Notes: generated by a model not told the origin, from the sequence alone. A DNA stretch of 64,000 bases from Octopus sinensis (GCF_006345805.1 NC_043003.1:96348001-96412000); one strand, 5' to 3'. Positions 39,201 through 53,089 are shown, counted from the first letter of the stretch. Program-made: numbers and translations.

Positions 39201-42081
39201 ATTGATGCCTTTTCAGTAGGAAATTACATATATTTTCAGAAGGGAAATTATTGTAGGATTCAAATTAGAGAATTTGAACATTTTAAAGTTCTTAGCTAAA
39301 TATAGGCTATCTGTCATCTCTTGAGTGGAAGCTTGCACCATTGCAGTATCTCTCACACATGCTCTCAATTCTGATGTTCCCCACAGCTAGTTGTTTCACC
39401 CTCACTATTTTTGCTGCCTCTTCTATCTCCTAAGCAGATAATATTACTCTTCACTTCTCCCCAACCTTCCATCATACACAGGCATCATTCATGTGCATCC
39501 AAGACACCACACATGAAAATTGCACTGTCTCCATGAACACAGATTTCAAAACCCTCTTGAGTGAGGATATGACAATCTTGTCTCTGTCAATAACACAATA
39601 ATACAATCATGGTTCATATCAGGGAAATTATCTTCTTCTTCATGCTCTTCCTGCTCTCTAGCCTTCGACAATAATTGTTATCCTCAAAGCCAATACAGGT
39701 GGTAGGACTCAAAATTCCAGATGTTCTTTCTTGACAATCAAGTAAGACCCCCTCCCCACCAATGGCATACAACAATATCTGGGACACCTCTGCTGCTACA
39801 AGACATAAACATTGTAGATCACATCTAAATGAAAAATATCTGATAATTAAAGACTGAGTCCACAGCATACTATGATCTCTGGCCCACTGACATACTGTCT
39901 CTCTGTTTATGTAAGTCTATCACAGCCATGAGCAAACTGTGGCCTGCTGGATTTTCTGAATGACACACCTAATGAAAAATTACCTTAAATTCTTTTTAGT
40001 TGTGCAGCCCACCTGATGATGAGCCATGTCTCATGCAGCCTGCTTCTTGGTAAAAGTTTCCCATGGTTTATTGCTACAATGTCTTAAACTCCTGGGAACT
40101 AGCTAGTGTTATACCACTTCTACCTAAACCCACCTAACATACTAATCACCCCCTCTTATCCCATATACTATGTACCCTTTTCTTTCAGGTCATGCACTAC
40201 TCATTATGCTTGATCACTTCTCCCCAGAATCTCAAGACTATGGTAGATAGCACTTGTTCAAAATACTGCACTAAGGGATTGAACTCAGAGCCACATGATT
40301 ACAAAGTGAACATTTTAACCACACAGCCATACTTTGCTGCTGAACCTCATTTCAGAAACTGTACTGTCAGTTTAAATATTAAACAAATTTCAGTTTTTAT
40401 AGAAACTATATGTAAAAGTTAAAATTGGCTAAAATAATTGTTTGTTTTGTTTTTTGCTATTAGTTTAAAATTTGAGTCTTTGTTCATAAGTATAAGCAAT
40501 ATAAAATTTCAATTGAAAATAGGAATTTATTTTCCTCTTTGAACAGATGATCTAACATTTTTCAATATATCTTAAGGAAATACTGATAATCTTTCATAAA
40601 TAAAATTGCACCAAAAAATAAAAAATAAAACTCTAAACTGAGTTAAAATTAAATAAGATGTGCATTTTTACTGACAGCATACACTATCAATTTTAATCCA
40701 AAAGACTCTTGAAAACTCCACTCTTTCTTCTTTATCGATTACCATAGATCTTAGATTAAAATGCTTCCAGGGAAATTCCAGCAGTGCTATACAATGTGCA
40801 AACTATAAAATTCAGATCAAAATATGAAAGCATATTTAAATTTATTTCACACTAATGGTAAAAGGAGTTTTGGTCTATATCCTAAGGGTAATGTGAGAAC
40901 ACTTCAACAGCTATAGCAAGGCTATTTTAATTCTAATTGTTGTCTTATCACCTATGGGGTAACTGAAGACTCTGACTATACACACCTTTATATGGTTAAA
41001 TTTATCCACTGTGAGCATGAAACAACCCAATGAAGTGACAGAATATGTGAACCAGTTATCAAAATTAGTGCAGCCAAAATAGATCAAAACAACCATTCAG
41101 CCATTCTCTTAATATTCATCTCTCTCTCTCTTTCTCTCTCTCTCACACACACACTACACACATTACAGCAGTATTTAATACTTTTTTCAATAACAGATTT
41201 AAGTAATTATTTCTAAGTGTGGTGTATAATAATTTAAAATTCATCAATTTCTTGATGTGTAAAAACAACAACAAAAAGCCACTAAGAAACTTAATTTCAG
41301 CAAAACTCACTTAAAAAAACCCATGTTCTCTTATGATCCTTCAAAGGAGTCCCATTTCAGCTTCAGCCATTTGTATTTCCGATCATACTCATTCATGACC
41401 ATAGTTGAGGATAAACACAAAAATACTGAATTGAAGACAACGAATTTGGTTTTTTTACCAACCTCTCCTCTTTTGAGAATCGAATGCTGAAGCTTGTGCA
41501 ATACTGTGACTGCACCTGCAATTCTAGCATTCCACAGTTAGGCTTAAATATATTTAAATATGTCTGCATACATAAAATCATATTTAATTTCCAAATATTT
41601 CTTTCATCACACTTTCTTTCAAATATAGACAAATGTTTGTTCTGTTTGCACATTTTTCTGCTTTCTACGTTGTCAACTTGTGAATGGTGTAATTAAATAT
41701 CATAGTCATCACAGTTATTTTCATAAAAATTCATGGGCATTATGTATTTCAGTTGTTAAAATCATCATTCATCTAATTTGATATATTTATAAATTCATTA
41801 TTTGAATATAGAAACATATTTAACAAACTTAATTCTCAGAGTAACAGGATTGAATTTCTAGTGTATTTAAAATAATGAAATCCTTATATTTTCATTATTA
41901 GAGCTACAAAACATTATATATATATATATATATATCATTGATTTCATATATTATTCTTGGAAATATCTACTAAAATCATACTTTTTTAAACAGTTTAACT
42001 CAATTTGATATATGTAGACATTTAAATACATTTTAGTCACACAGCAGTAAAATAGTAATGTGAAAAGAATTGATTTTATCT

Positions 42082-42440
42082 TGTTACATATCTATATTCT
42101 GTAACATTCCTTACACTTCTATTATATGTCTATATTTTGTGTCATGCCTATACTCTTGTTACATGTCCATATCTTATAACATGCTTACACTTCTGTTACA
42201 TTCCTATATTTTGTAACACACCTACTCTATTGTTACATGTCTATATTTTTCACATGCTTATCCTTCTGTTATATGTCTATATTTTGTAACATTTCTACAC
42301 TTTTATTACATGTTTATATTTTGTGATGTGCCTACGCTCCTGTTACATTTTGTAACATGCCTACTTTCCTGTTACCTGTCTATATTTTGTAGCATGTCAT
42401 TGTTATATTGTTATATGTTTGTATTTTTGTTACATGTTTA
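42082..42440. repeat. Minisatellite, about 37-bp unit x 9-10, degenerate
   Basis: Consensus tgttacatgtctatattttgtaacatgcctacacttc; unit starts at 42082, 42120, 42157, 42194, 42231, 42267, 42304, 42341. Confidence 0.85.
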
Positions 42441-42612
42441 TATTTTTGTTGTTTATTTTTTTATATAAGTTATTATTGGAGTAATATACTTTTTTCTTAA
42501 CTTGATATTAGCTTCATATGTGTTTCTACCCATTCTGGATAAGATTATGGAAATCCTGTGACTGGAATAAAGCTTCTGCATCCAATCTTAAGCAAATGAC
42601 TCATATATATAA

Positions 42613-42670
<58 letters not shown>

Positions 42671-42756
42671 GAATAAGGGTAGAAATTGATATTAATCAAT
42701 TAAAACCAGTGGCCTAGCATATTAAAAAAAATCCAAAGATTAAAATATTTTTTACC

Positions 42757-42938
42757 TACAAAATTTAAAGGACTGACCACTAAAAGTGGACGGTCAATAT
42801 ACTAGATATAGACGTCAAAAATCGCTATTTTCCACAAAGAATGTGAGAACACATTCTTCGTTGAAAATAGCAGTTTTTGACGTCTATATCTAGCATATTG
42901 ACCGTCCACTTTTAGTGGTCAGTCCTTTAAATTTTGTA
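42757..42938. repeat. 182-bp near-perfect fold-back hairpin (89-bp arms, 4-nt loop) between (TA)n tracts
   Basis: tacaaaatttaaaggactgaccactaaaagtggacggtcaata...gaatgtg-agaa-cacattc...tattgaccgtccacttttagtggtcagtcctttaaattttgta. Confidence 0.9.
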
Positions 42939-43477
42939 TATATATATATATATATATCAGTCATGATCATAGTGGATCTCTTCTTAGTGAAGATGTCCAC
43001 TTAAATCAAATAGTTGTGTTTGAGGAATTTGATAAGGTTGGACTGTTGCACAGTAGACATTACATGCAGACTGAATTAAAGTCCTGTGTCAGAATCCAGT
43101 CTGTGGTGGTTAGTTTAAATTGATAGTGGCAAAAGAGGTAATTACTTGCCAACTGCCTTACCTCGGTTTATTGGGAAAATTGATGCATTCAGTATAGCAA
43201 ACCTGACAAAATTCTGATCATTTTTATACTGCTGTTGTTGTTGCTACTGAATGTTGTAAGTCATTTCCATCCTCTGGAACTTTTTTTATTATTCACAGCT
43301 ACATGAATAAGTCCAGTTGAAACTTAAGTGCCTTGGCTATGGATGCAATGCAGTTTCAGTGAAAAAATATGAACTGTCAACCTTTCAAATAGTTATTTAT
43401 ACATCATGGGCTCTGCTTCCTTCATTTAATAAACCATTAATTAAAAAGGATTACTAAATCAGCCTTCAATACTGCTG

Positions 43478-43693
43478 TGTTTAAACCAGCCATATCTGGC
43501 CCAAATATTCGAAATGTTTTATATTCAAATTGGCCATATCTAGCCTCTCACACCTAACCTACAGTGACATTCTAAAAATAAACAATCATATCATTGAAAC
43601 CTCAAAGCTATAACATAATGCATGATTAATTCAAAACAATTTAAGTGAAAAAGTATTACATTTAATAGAGAAATTTGAACACCAAAGGGTTAA
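43478..43693 (+). mobile_element. piggyBac-type (TTAA) MITE copy 1
   Basis: Body tttaaaccagccatatc..cctctcacacct..atgcatgattaattcaaa; right end aaagggTTAA. Confidence 0.7.
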
Positions 43694-43978
43694 ATGCTAA
43701 AATTAAAATTGCCTCTAATTTTGTGTAATGTTTAATTCTTAAAAAAAGAAGAAAAGCTCCTGAAGATGGTAAAAGAAAGAAAAAAAACTATATTCCAATA
43801 ACATAGGATAACTCCATACAATTCCCTTATCTATTTGTATCTTGTTTCTCTAAATCCAAATTCATTTCATTTTGTTTTAATTTTTCTTTTGACTTCACAT
43901 TTTATACACTCTACACATTTATATCCCATAAACAATTTTATATTTTATTGGTCTCATTATTCTTTTATTTCATTATAG

Positions 43979-44196
43979 ATTCAAGAGACACAAAAAATTC
44001 ACTGCCAGTATCTAACAATTTCCTACAAGTTTGTGATGAGGATAATCTAAGCAGATGTAGCAGTACAGTTGAGTTGGTCCCCAATACACCAGAAGCAAAA
44101 GCTTCCAAACAAAAACCAATGGAGGAGGGCCAGCTCTATGCTTACGAAAACACACTGCAATTAGATGACGAAGAGAGGAGAGATATCATGGTGTGA
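43979..44196 (+). CDS. ABCA1-like: Probable terminal coding exon of the same ABCA transporter (DSRDTKNSLPVSNNFLQVCDEDNLSRCSSTVELVPNTPEAKASKQKPMEEGQLYAYENTLQLDDEERRDIMV*)
   Basis: Long pyrimidine tract ending cattatAG (43977-43978). The phase-1 start joins the leftover G of exon 4683-4788 to give GAT (Asp). Non-repetitive, protein-like 72-codon frame ending in TGA. Linkage to the upstream exon is inferred from strand and phase only. Confidence 0.7.
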
Positions 44197-44339
44197 TGAA
44201 GCCATGTTGAGAACACACCTCTTTTGCTTCAAGCTTTTGTGCATGGGTGTACAAAAACTAAGATACATGCACTCAAAATATTTGTCTCTGCTACAAAAGT
44301 GTATATTTACACAAGCCTAAACATTCATGTAAATATAAT

Positions 44340-44426
44340 CGTGTGTGTGTCTGTGTGTGTGTGTGCATGTGTATAATATATATGTATATATAAATATATA
44401 TATATAGACATATACATACATATACA

Positions 44427-44482
<56 letters not shown>

Positions 44483-44639
44483 TGTATATATATATATCTA
44501 TATGATATATATGTGTGTGTTTGTATGTATATATGTGTGTGTGTTTATATATATGTATTATATATGTATATATGTATGTATATATATATATGTGTGTATA
44601 TATATATATATTTATAAGTGTGTGTGTGTGTTTAAATGT

Positions 44640-44681
<42 letters not shown>

Positions 44682-44725
44682 ATATATATATATATATATG
44701 TGTGTATGTGTGTGTATAAATATGT
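44340..44725. repeat. Compound (TA)n/(TG)n microsatellite just downstream of the ABCA stop (putative 3' UTR)
   Basis: Directly visible. Confidence 0.9.
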
Positions 44726-45704
44726 GTAGTGTACTGTTCATTTTCAGAGTTACTACTTTTTATATGCAGTCTCTTATTTGCAAAAAAAAAAAAAAAATTA
44801 CTCTATGTTTCATAATCTTCAAATTATGGCTGAGCTGGGCCAGAACATCTTTTTTTCCTAGAATTAAATTAAATTGCTCCAAATAAGGGACTGTATTTAA
44901 TATATTATAATATATTAAACGTACGTTTGTGTGTGTGATATGTATGTATGAAGGTTGTTTGTTGTTAACTTGGCTTTGGAACCACATAGTTTGGAATTCA
45001 CATCAACTGCATGGGCAGTATTGGATGGTGTTCTCTAGTATAGCATCAGGTTGACCAATAAAACTTACGAGTGAAATTTGTTAGACAGAAACTGGAAGAA
45101 GCCCTTCATGTACATATATATATGTATATGAGAAATTATTATAAACACAAGATTATATCATTTGTTCCTACTTACATTTTGCCATTGTGGCTGTTTGGAT
45201 TTGTGCAGTTGAATGTTTAACCATAATGGTAATTTCTACATTTGCTCCATATATCTTAACCAATAATACTACTAAGAACAGTAGTAGCCACCACCATTAT
45301 ATTAGAAGTAGACTGGATGATGATAATCTACATGGAGCTCTAAATCCAACAGTAGCAGTCATACATCTACTTCTGCTCACAAGATGTACTCTGTGTGTGT
45401 GCACTTGGCAAAATGTTATGCTCCTTATATTGATGTATGAATGTCAATAGTAAACACAGTGTCATTGTTCATACAAATTATAATTTTTTTTTATGCAATC
45501 TTGTATAAAAACATACCTGGGTTGTTCATTGTTCAGTAGATTAGGCTAAGGGAAATAGTACCTTCCTTGGAAACATGAGGTTGGTGGCAGAAAGAGCAGA
45601 AAAGCATCCAGCTATGACAAATCTTCTCCAATGAAGCCCAGTCTAATCATGCAAGCATTGAGAAGTAGACATTTAAACAACAGTAGTAGTGGTGGTGGTG
45701 GTAA

Positions 45705-45717
45705 TGTATATGTGTGA

Positions 45718-45770
<53 letters not shown>

Positions 45771-45900
45771 TATATGCATATATATACATTTATACGTATA
45801 TATATACATACATACATACATACATACATACATACATACATACATACATACATACACACACGTGTGTGTGAGTGTATATGTGTATATATGTATGTCTGCA
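45705..45900. repeat. Compound (TA)n/(CATA)n microsatellite
   Basis: Directly visible. Confidence 0.9.
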
Positions 45901-48698
45901 TGTGTGTCTTTAGTGATAGAAACAGGAGCAATAGAACTCAAAAATGTAAACTAGAACATATATATATATATTTTCTCATTTCTTAGCTGTGAAAGTACAT
46001 TAGTGACTCAAAGGTCTACAGTTTTGTGTATGGCACTTAAAATTTGATAAGTGTCTTGCATGAACCTTTTGGCTCTAGAGTCACTTATGTAGTTTCATGG
46101 CTTATAAATGAATAAATAAATACATATATATATATAAATCAGATAAAACAGAATCCTAGGAAACTGGTGGTGTTCTGCATCAGCAAGACTTGTATTATTT
46201 GGAGAAAATGATTGAGTAATTGCCTTGGAAAGTGGAGTTTCCATCAATTTAGATAAAGTCTTTCACCAGGCGTTAAGATGATGGGGTGAAGGAAAGAGTT
46301 TTACATTACATCCTCAGTGTTTGAGCAATTGGCTGCAACTGATGAGGAACACAAAACAACATGACCATGCTTATATAATCAGAAAGCAGTAGGAATGAGA
46401 GTTCAGATAAGAGTGGTGGAAGGAAAGAGAAATGTAAAGAGGAAGAGAAGCTAGCCAAAATGAGGTGGAGGGAAAAATTAAGATGAAAGAGGAGCTGAAA
46501 GATAAAACAGAGTGGGTGAAGAAGCAGAAAGAGAAAATGTTCAGTGAAACCTGTCGGTGCTTTGGGTATGAGCTTCAATATTACACATTCTTTCTGTTTC
46601 TTTGAGTGTACACTAATATCATATGCTGATAAATGGATAATGGAAAGGGCTGTTTTTTTTTTTGAAGTGGGTGGCAAAGGGTTGGCTTGGTATTTGTAGT
46701 GGTAGTGTGCTTCAAATACATATCTGTATACAAGTTACATATATATGTAAATGTGTGTTTTTCCATAACTCCCATTCAAACTTAATAGTCAGGCCTGCAT
46801 GACATATGCTCATGAACACAGAAATATGCGCTGTCTCAAAGATGAGACATATAATGTCATCTCAAACAGCCTGGAAGGAAATTTTATCTTGAGTTGAAGT
46901 CAATGTTCATGAGTGATGAAGCATAGACTAAAGAGGGAGAGAGTGTACACACACACACATGCATATATACAACCCTTGGCAAGATTAGATATTGAGAATA
47001 TTATACATTGTTTTAGAATAGATGTGATTCTTTACAGATGGACACACTGTTCACTCTGTATATGCTTTTCAAATGTCAGCTACTTCACTGAGAGTAAATG
47101 GTGCTCTTTTCATGTTTCCATTTCTAGTACAGTCATTATGTAACTTACAAGTCTAAAGAAACCATTTAACTGAACGAGAGTATAGTAGAGAGGGGTGCAA
47201 TTTTATGTTATATGTTGAGAGGTTAATGTAAGTTCCTTATTGTAGGAGTAATACATGTCTACCTTTCATCATAAGAAGACAAATGGGAGTTATTGAGGTA
47301 AAGTTGGAAGGACAGATAAAGTTGGAAAGATGGTAGTGACTTCAAGGTCATTAGAAGGTAAATAAAGGAGTAGGACCAGAAGCTCGAACAAGGTGGGCGA
47401 GTAGAGGTTGTAAGGTCGTGTGGAGAGTATTTCTTTATTCACCATAAGGTTGAGAAAAAGAGGGGACAAAACAAACGTTGGGGTCAGGGTATCAAATGAG
47501 ATGAAACATATGAATAAACAATTAAAATATATGCAATTAAATGAGAATGAGTGAATAACAAAAAATGAAGCGGAGGACGCGGTTGACCCCACAAACCACA
47601 TACTCACACTGAAGACTTTGCTTTCTCCTTTTTTACAGTCTCGATTAAACAGGTTCTTTCACTCGCAACATACTTGCTATTGACTTCCATCTTTTACGAA
47701 ACACATTTTGCAACAGGCATTTCTTCTCCAGCCTTATTTTCCGTTTCAACAGATGTATAGTGATAGGTGGTCAGAAGTACTTAGGGGTGAGTCAGGAGAA
47801 AGTGGTTTAGGAGAGAGGGTGAGATAACTGGTAGCACAGAAAGGGAATGGAGAGATACACTGTTAAGAATGACGTATAGATACCAAAAGTAGTGGTGCCA
47901 AGGAGTGGAAGAAGTAGCAACACATAAAAGGATGATGAAATATGTAATTATTCTCACATTTAATGACAGCAAAAGACTACCACAATAGTTCAGAGAGTGA
48001 TGGCAATACGAGTGATAGGCAGATGAGGGGCTAATGGGGAAAGCTTGACAGGAACAAATTGGATGAGGAAACCCAGTTATATATATATATATACATTATA
48101 CTTCTAGAATCTCAGATTTATAGTGACGAGCAGCTCTTCTCAAGTACCACATATCACCAGTCATTCATGTATGTCACATTCACATACCAATGCATTCTTC
48201 TCTCTTGTACACTACACTTGATTCCTCTTATGCCCATTTTTTTCTCTTAACATATTTGTACTTCATTATTCATGCACACTGGTGTTGCACATCCGATGGA
48301 GTATGCTAGCTTCGTTTTTTTAAAACTGTTTTTTTCTAGACTCTTCAAGTCTAGAAGGCTTCAAAGCATTGAAGTTCATACTCAGACATCATACAATCTG
48401 TCTTTCACTCTGTAAGAGAAACCTTTTTGTTACCATCAGAGGTAATAGCTCTCTGAATTTTCTTTAATCTACTCTTACTATCACTACTATACTTTTAGAA
48501 TATCTTGCTCCACTAAATCAAATTCAAATACAGAATTCAATAAGAAATAGTTTAGATGTGTTTTAGTTTTAATTTCTCAAAAACCAAAACTTAAAATATG
48601 TTGATTTTGTTACTCTTCAAAAATTAAATTATTAAAAAAACAAATTATTAATTGCATTAGCATTTCAGTGACATTTCAGAAGAGATGATAGTTTAGAT

Positions 48699-48907
48699 CA
48701 GTGGTTCTCAAGCAGAATCTATGTAAGATTTCGTTGTTAAAATATGTGTAATACACATAATATTTAAACAATTTTTTATACAATTCTAATAATATTTAAT
48801 AATAAAAATATAATAGAAGTTTTTACACATATGGCTGTGGGGTCCCTCTGACCAAGTAATATAGAAATGAAAAGGACCCATGGGTATAAAATGGTTGAGA
48901 ACCACTG
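48699..48907. mobile_element. hAT/Charlie-type MITE, 209 bp
   Basis: 13-bp TIR CAGTGGTTCTCAA / TTGAGAACCACTG. Flanks gtttagat and (gtt)gtctagat approximate an 8-bp nnnTAnnn TSD. Confidence 0.8.
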
Positions 48908-49200
48908 GTTGTCTAGATGAACAGAATGTGATTATGTACGTTATGCAACACTATTATGTTAATAATATTGTTTCATAGTGTCTGTTCTTATGTATTTCTT
49001 ATTATGTTAAATGATGATGAAGATGATGATATTCTTATGTATTATACTATAAGTATTGTTATAGTATAATACATAAAAACATAATACACACACACACACG
49101 TGTGTGTGTGTATGTATATGTGTATGTGTGTGTATGTAAGTATGCATATGAATATATATAAGTATATGTGTGTATTTATGTATGCACACACACACACACA

Positions 49201-49305
49201 TGAAATTCATGGAATGACTAGGGAACAGGAATTATATAATCAACTTCAATAGCTGTTTCTGCTACATTATATCATTCCTGTTCTCTTGCCTTTCCATTAA
49301 TTTCA
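49201..49305. repeat. Degenerate fold-back hairpin (about 40-bp arms) with a GAAACAGCT hammerhead helix-III-like remnant in the loop (minus strand)
   Basis: tgaaattcatggaa..gggaacaggaattatataat / attatatcattcctgttctc..ttccattaatttca. Confidence 0.65.
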
Positions 49306-49774
49306 TATTATATTCTGTACTTTTCTAACACTTTATTCTGAAGCATATGCATGTTGAATTCTAACAACAGGTTATTAGTATCACTGTCATCATCATTTAA
49401 CATCTGGTTTCCATGCTGGCATGGGTTGGACCACTATATGTAAGTGAAATCATAATATATGTTCTTTGTCTTTCATTTTTTTTATAAATGCTCAGTGGAG
49501 TAAGTAAAGTAACTACAGCCAAAAAATGATCCTGGGTCACAAATTTGGTTTTGTTAGAACTAAACCACCTCTGCAATGGCACCCACTTTTTCTGATTCTG
49601 AAATCATATCAATAAAGACTCCAATATAATTGCAGTGACTGAGTGTTACATTGATTGACCTAACCATTTAAGATTTTGGTTCAAACAACAGTTTTGTTAC
49701 TTTGTTTCATTTTGCACAGTTCAATAATCACTGTCCCCCTTCCCCTCCTTGTTGAAATTTTGACATTAGAAATG

Positions 49775-49990
49775 GAGTTAAACCAGCCATATCAGGCCAA
49801 AATATTCAACTTGTTTCATGTTCAAGTTGTCCAGATCTAGCCTATCACACCAGCACTGCAATATCATTCTAAAAATTAATAGTTACCTCATCAAAATCTC
49901 AAAGCTACAAGATAAAGCATGATTAATTCAAAGCTAAGTGAATAGATTTGGTTTACTTTCAACAGAATAATGTGAATATTAAAGGGTTAA
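49775..49990 (+). mobile_element. piggyBac-type MITE copy 2
   Basis: Same body as 52647-52870; ends aaagggTTAA. Confidence 0.7.
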
Positions 49991-51360
49991 AAAGACAAAA
50001 AAAAACTGCCCAGTATTTCCAAAAATCAAATGAAAAAACAATTGCAAAAGAAATGTTTTAAAATGTCATTTGTTATTGATGACTGAGTTTCTCATTTGAA
50101 CATTTCAGGTGAATTTCATTGAGTAATGTTTCCCTTCACTAATTTCCTGTTGAGAATACATGATTATAAAAGACAAACTTTTAGACTAAACTTGCACAAC
50201 ATACAACTACACAACAGCTTATGATGTAAATTTAGCTGTAACATTCACTTCAAAAAGGGTAGTAAAAAAAAGGCCCATGACAGTTGAGTACCAGATAAAA
50301 TGCCTTAAACTTTTTAGTTTTGTTTCTTTTGGTTCCAAATTCATATCTCACGGGGATTGAGTTTGTTTTTCATCCATCCAGAGTTACTAAACTAACCAAC
50401 AGCAATATAATGGGAGCTATTCAATTGATTATGTTGCCTTCCTTTCTCAGATTGATGTCATGCCTGTCCGACAAATTAGTGATTATTTACAATAAATAGA
50501 TAAACGTCATGGGTTACATGTCAAAAATATTAAAGTAAGAAGGAAGGTATTATATATGTGTGTGTGAATGCAGAATCAAGACTCAAAATTGAAAGCTTCC
50601 CATCTATCCCATTTTTATTATTCTTCATTAGAATTTTCAATAATTAAAAATATATATAATATTAATTTTTTTAAAATCATCTGTAACCTGCCATACTTTT
50701 TCTTAAAGCAGTATAACCTCTCTTATGCAAGTCAGTTTTAGATATTTGGTAATGAGCAAATAATGCATCCATTGGCCTGCATTGAGAGTAAAACACTTCA
50801 TGGTTTTTACTAAGTAAATTAATTAAACCTTTCACTGATGAGAATCTGGGTAGATTAACAATTGTAATAATTTGCTTTGTGATTAGATGCTCTCGGTAAC
50901 TTGTGTTTTGATCCCAAATAGTCATCAGAGAAAGGATGAGTCTATTAGTTAATAAGCAATAGTTTTCTATAGACTAGTATGATGGTGATTTGTTTTGTGA
51001 AGGAAACAGACAATGTATTTATTTTGGGTTCCACCATATATTGTGATAGGTTGTTCATTGGAAGAAGACTGTGTGACATTTATGCTAGTTTGTCTGTTGG
51101 TTAAATAATAGTTCTTAGATAATATATTATAGTGTAAACAACTAAAAAAAAAACATGCAATGATGTTAAAAAAAGACAAGTTCTCTTCTATAGAAAGTAC
51201 TTTTTTTTTTACATAAAACATTAAATGTTTGTAGTTAGAGTCTAGATATGTGAAATGGCTTAAAGAACTTGTTAAATATAATGTAGATATGCATTAACAT
51301 CTCCATTTGGGTTCAAAATCAATGTGGAAACATATACTGACATAATTCAACAAAAAAGAG

Positions 51361-51576
51361 CTTTAACATTTAAATCAGTCATATCTGGCCTAAATGTCCT
51401 ACTTGTTTTATGTTCAAACCAGCCAGATCAAGCTTCTCACACCTACCCAGTAATGTCATTTTTAAAATAAACAATCATATCATCAAAATCTCAAACCTAC
51501 AAGAATGCATGATTATTTCAAATGTGAATAAATAAGCATTACGTTTGACTAAGTAATCTGAATTCTGAAAGGTTAA
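51361..51576 (+). mobile_element. piggyBac-type MITE copy 3
   Basis: ctttaacatttaaatcag...aatctgaattctgaaaggTTAA. Confidence 0.7.
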
Positions 51577-52646
51577 TTGAGAATTTCACCTATACACTCT
51601 ATTCAGAAATATTTAACTGAGGAAATTTACAAATATTATGTTGTATATGAACTATACATTTTTTTTAATAATTAAATAATGTTTTGATACCATAAAACTG
51701 CACTTCACCCTTAACTTCCCTCTGTTTTTTCTTTCTTTGGTGAATATTTTAAGTTCATTGCTCAATTTTAGAAAAACTTAACTTTTCACCAACAGCTATT
51801 ACATCAAAATATTACATTAAATTTTATAAATATGGAAGTATATATATATATGAATATGAAAGTATATATATATATTTTTTAAATATTTGTTTATTTCATT
51901 CAATCGTTTGATTATTAGAAGATTATTGTGAGATAATTAGGGCAGTAGATTAGCAAAAGTGATTAAGACATTAGTCTTTACTCTCTTTACAGCCTCAGTT
52001 AAAATTCTGCTTTTAGCCTGCTAGGTTTAACAACATAAACACTAGAAACATGCTGACTATATCCTCCATATATACACAAACTGACTCTCTGACTAGCCAA
52101 CAGAAATTAAAATTAGTATCAATAATATCAAAATAAATAATCACTGAGAAACAAATATTGTCTTTTAAATTCTTTTTAAAGATAACTTTGGATTCTACTA
52201 TTGGAGTAGCTTGAAACATATAAGCTAAAGTTATGGATTTCTTTTATATTATAAACTCTAGATAATGAATAAATATAATTTTATTATTATTAATATTCTC
52301 ATTTAAAGTACTAATGTGATAATTTCATAATTAGCATCTAAATGCTAATAAAAGATGAACGTCTTTTTTTTTTATTGGTGAAACAAAAAAATTGAAGTGT
52401 GTCCACTGGTTTCATCTCTCACTTTACTGCAATCCACAGTAAAAAGAAGACATTGAGGATAATTGAAGATGTTATATTTTTATTCAAAATTTGTAAAGCT
52501 TTGTAATTCAACTAATAATACTAACAATTTTTAATGTCTTTTTTTTTTTTTTATTTAAAATATAATTAGAAATGAAAGTTTCAATAAAATGTGTTGTGAA
52601 AACCTATTGCTTTCTTTGATATTCTTTTCGTGAAATTAAACCTAAC

Positions 52647-52870
52647 TTAATCCTTTAACATTTAAACCAGCCATATCCAATCCAAATATTTTACCTGTTC
52701 TATGTTCAAACTGACTGGGTCTGGTCTCTCACACCTACCCTAAAATAATATTCAAGAAGGTAAGTTATCACATTATCAAAATCTCAGTGAGATAATGCAT
52801 GATTAATCCAAAACAATGTGAATAAAAAAACATTGCATTAGATATAGTAATCTGAATGCTAAAAGGTTAA
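52647..52870 (+). mobile_element. piggyBac-type MITE copy 4 (complete)
   Basis: TTAA at both ends (52647-52650, 52867-52870) with imperfect TIR tcctttaacatt / aatgctaaaagg. Confidence 0.8.
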
Positions 52871-53089
52871 TCAACTGTGGTTAAGACTCATCATTTGGTA
52901 ATAGATAATTGAACATTTCTTTACAGGCTGTTAACCCTCTGCCATAATTGGGATTACAGAGATGCACAGTCCCAGCTCAAATCACTTGCTAGGGAAGTGA
53001 TTCGATCTGAGACTGTGCATTGAAGCTAAAACAACTGCAGTGTGGAAGACACATGTTATCCATTCAGAAACACACAAAGATTGTTAACA

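Noticed and set aside
41393-41696. Overlapping ORFs on both strands in non-repetitive-looking DNA
   Set aside because: No motif recognised; may be an old transposon remnant but this cannot be supported.
50677-50925. 82-aa minus-strand ORF in unique sequence
   Set aside because: No recognisable domain or convincing exon partner; this length can occur by chance.
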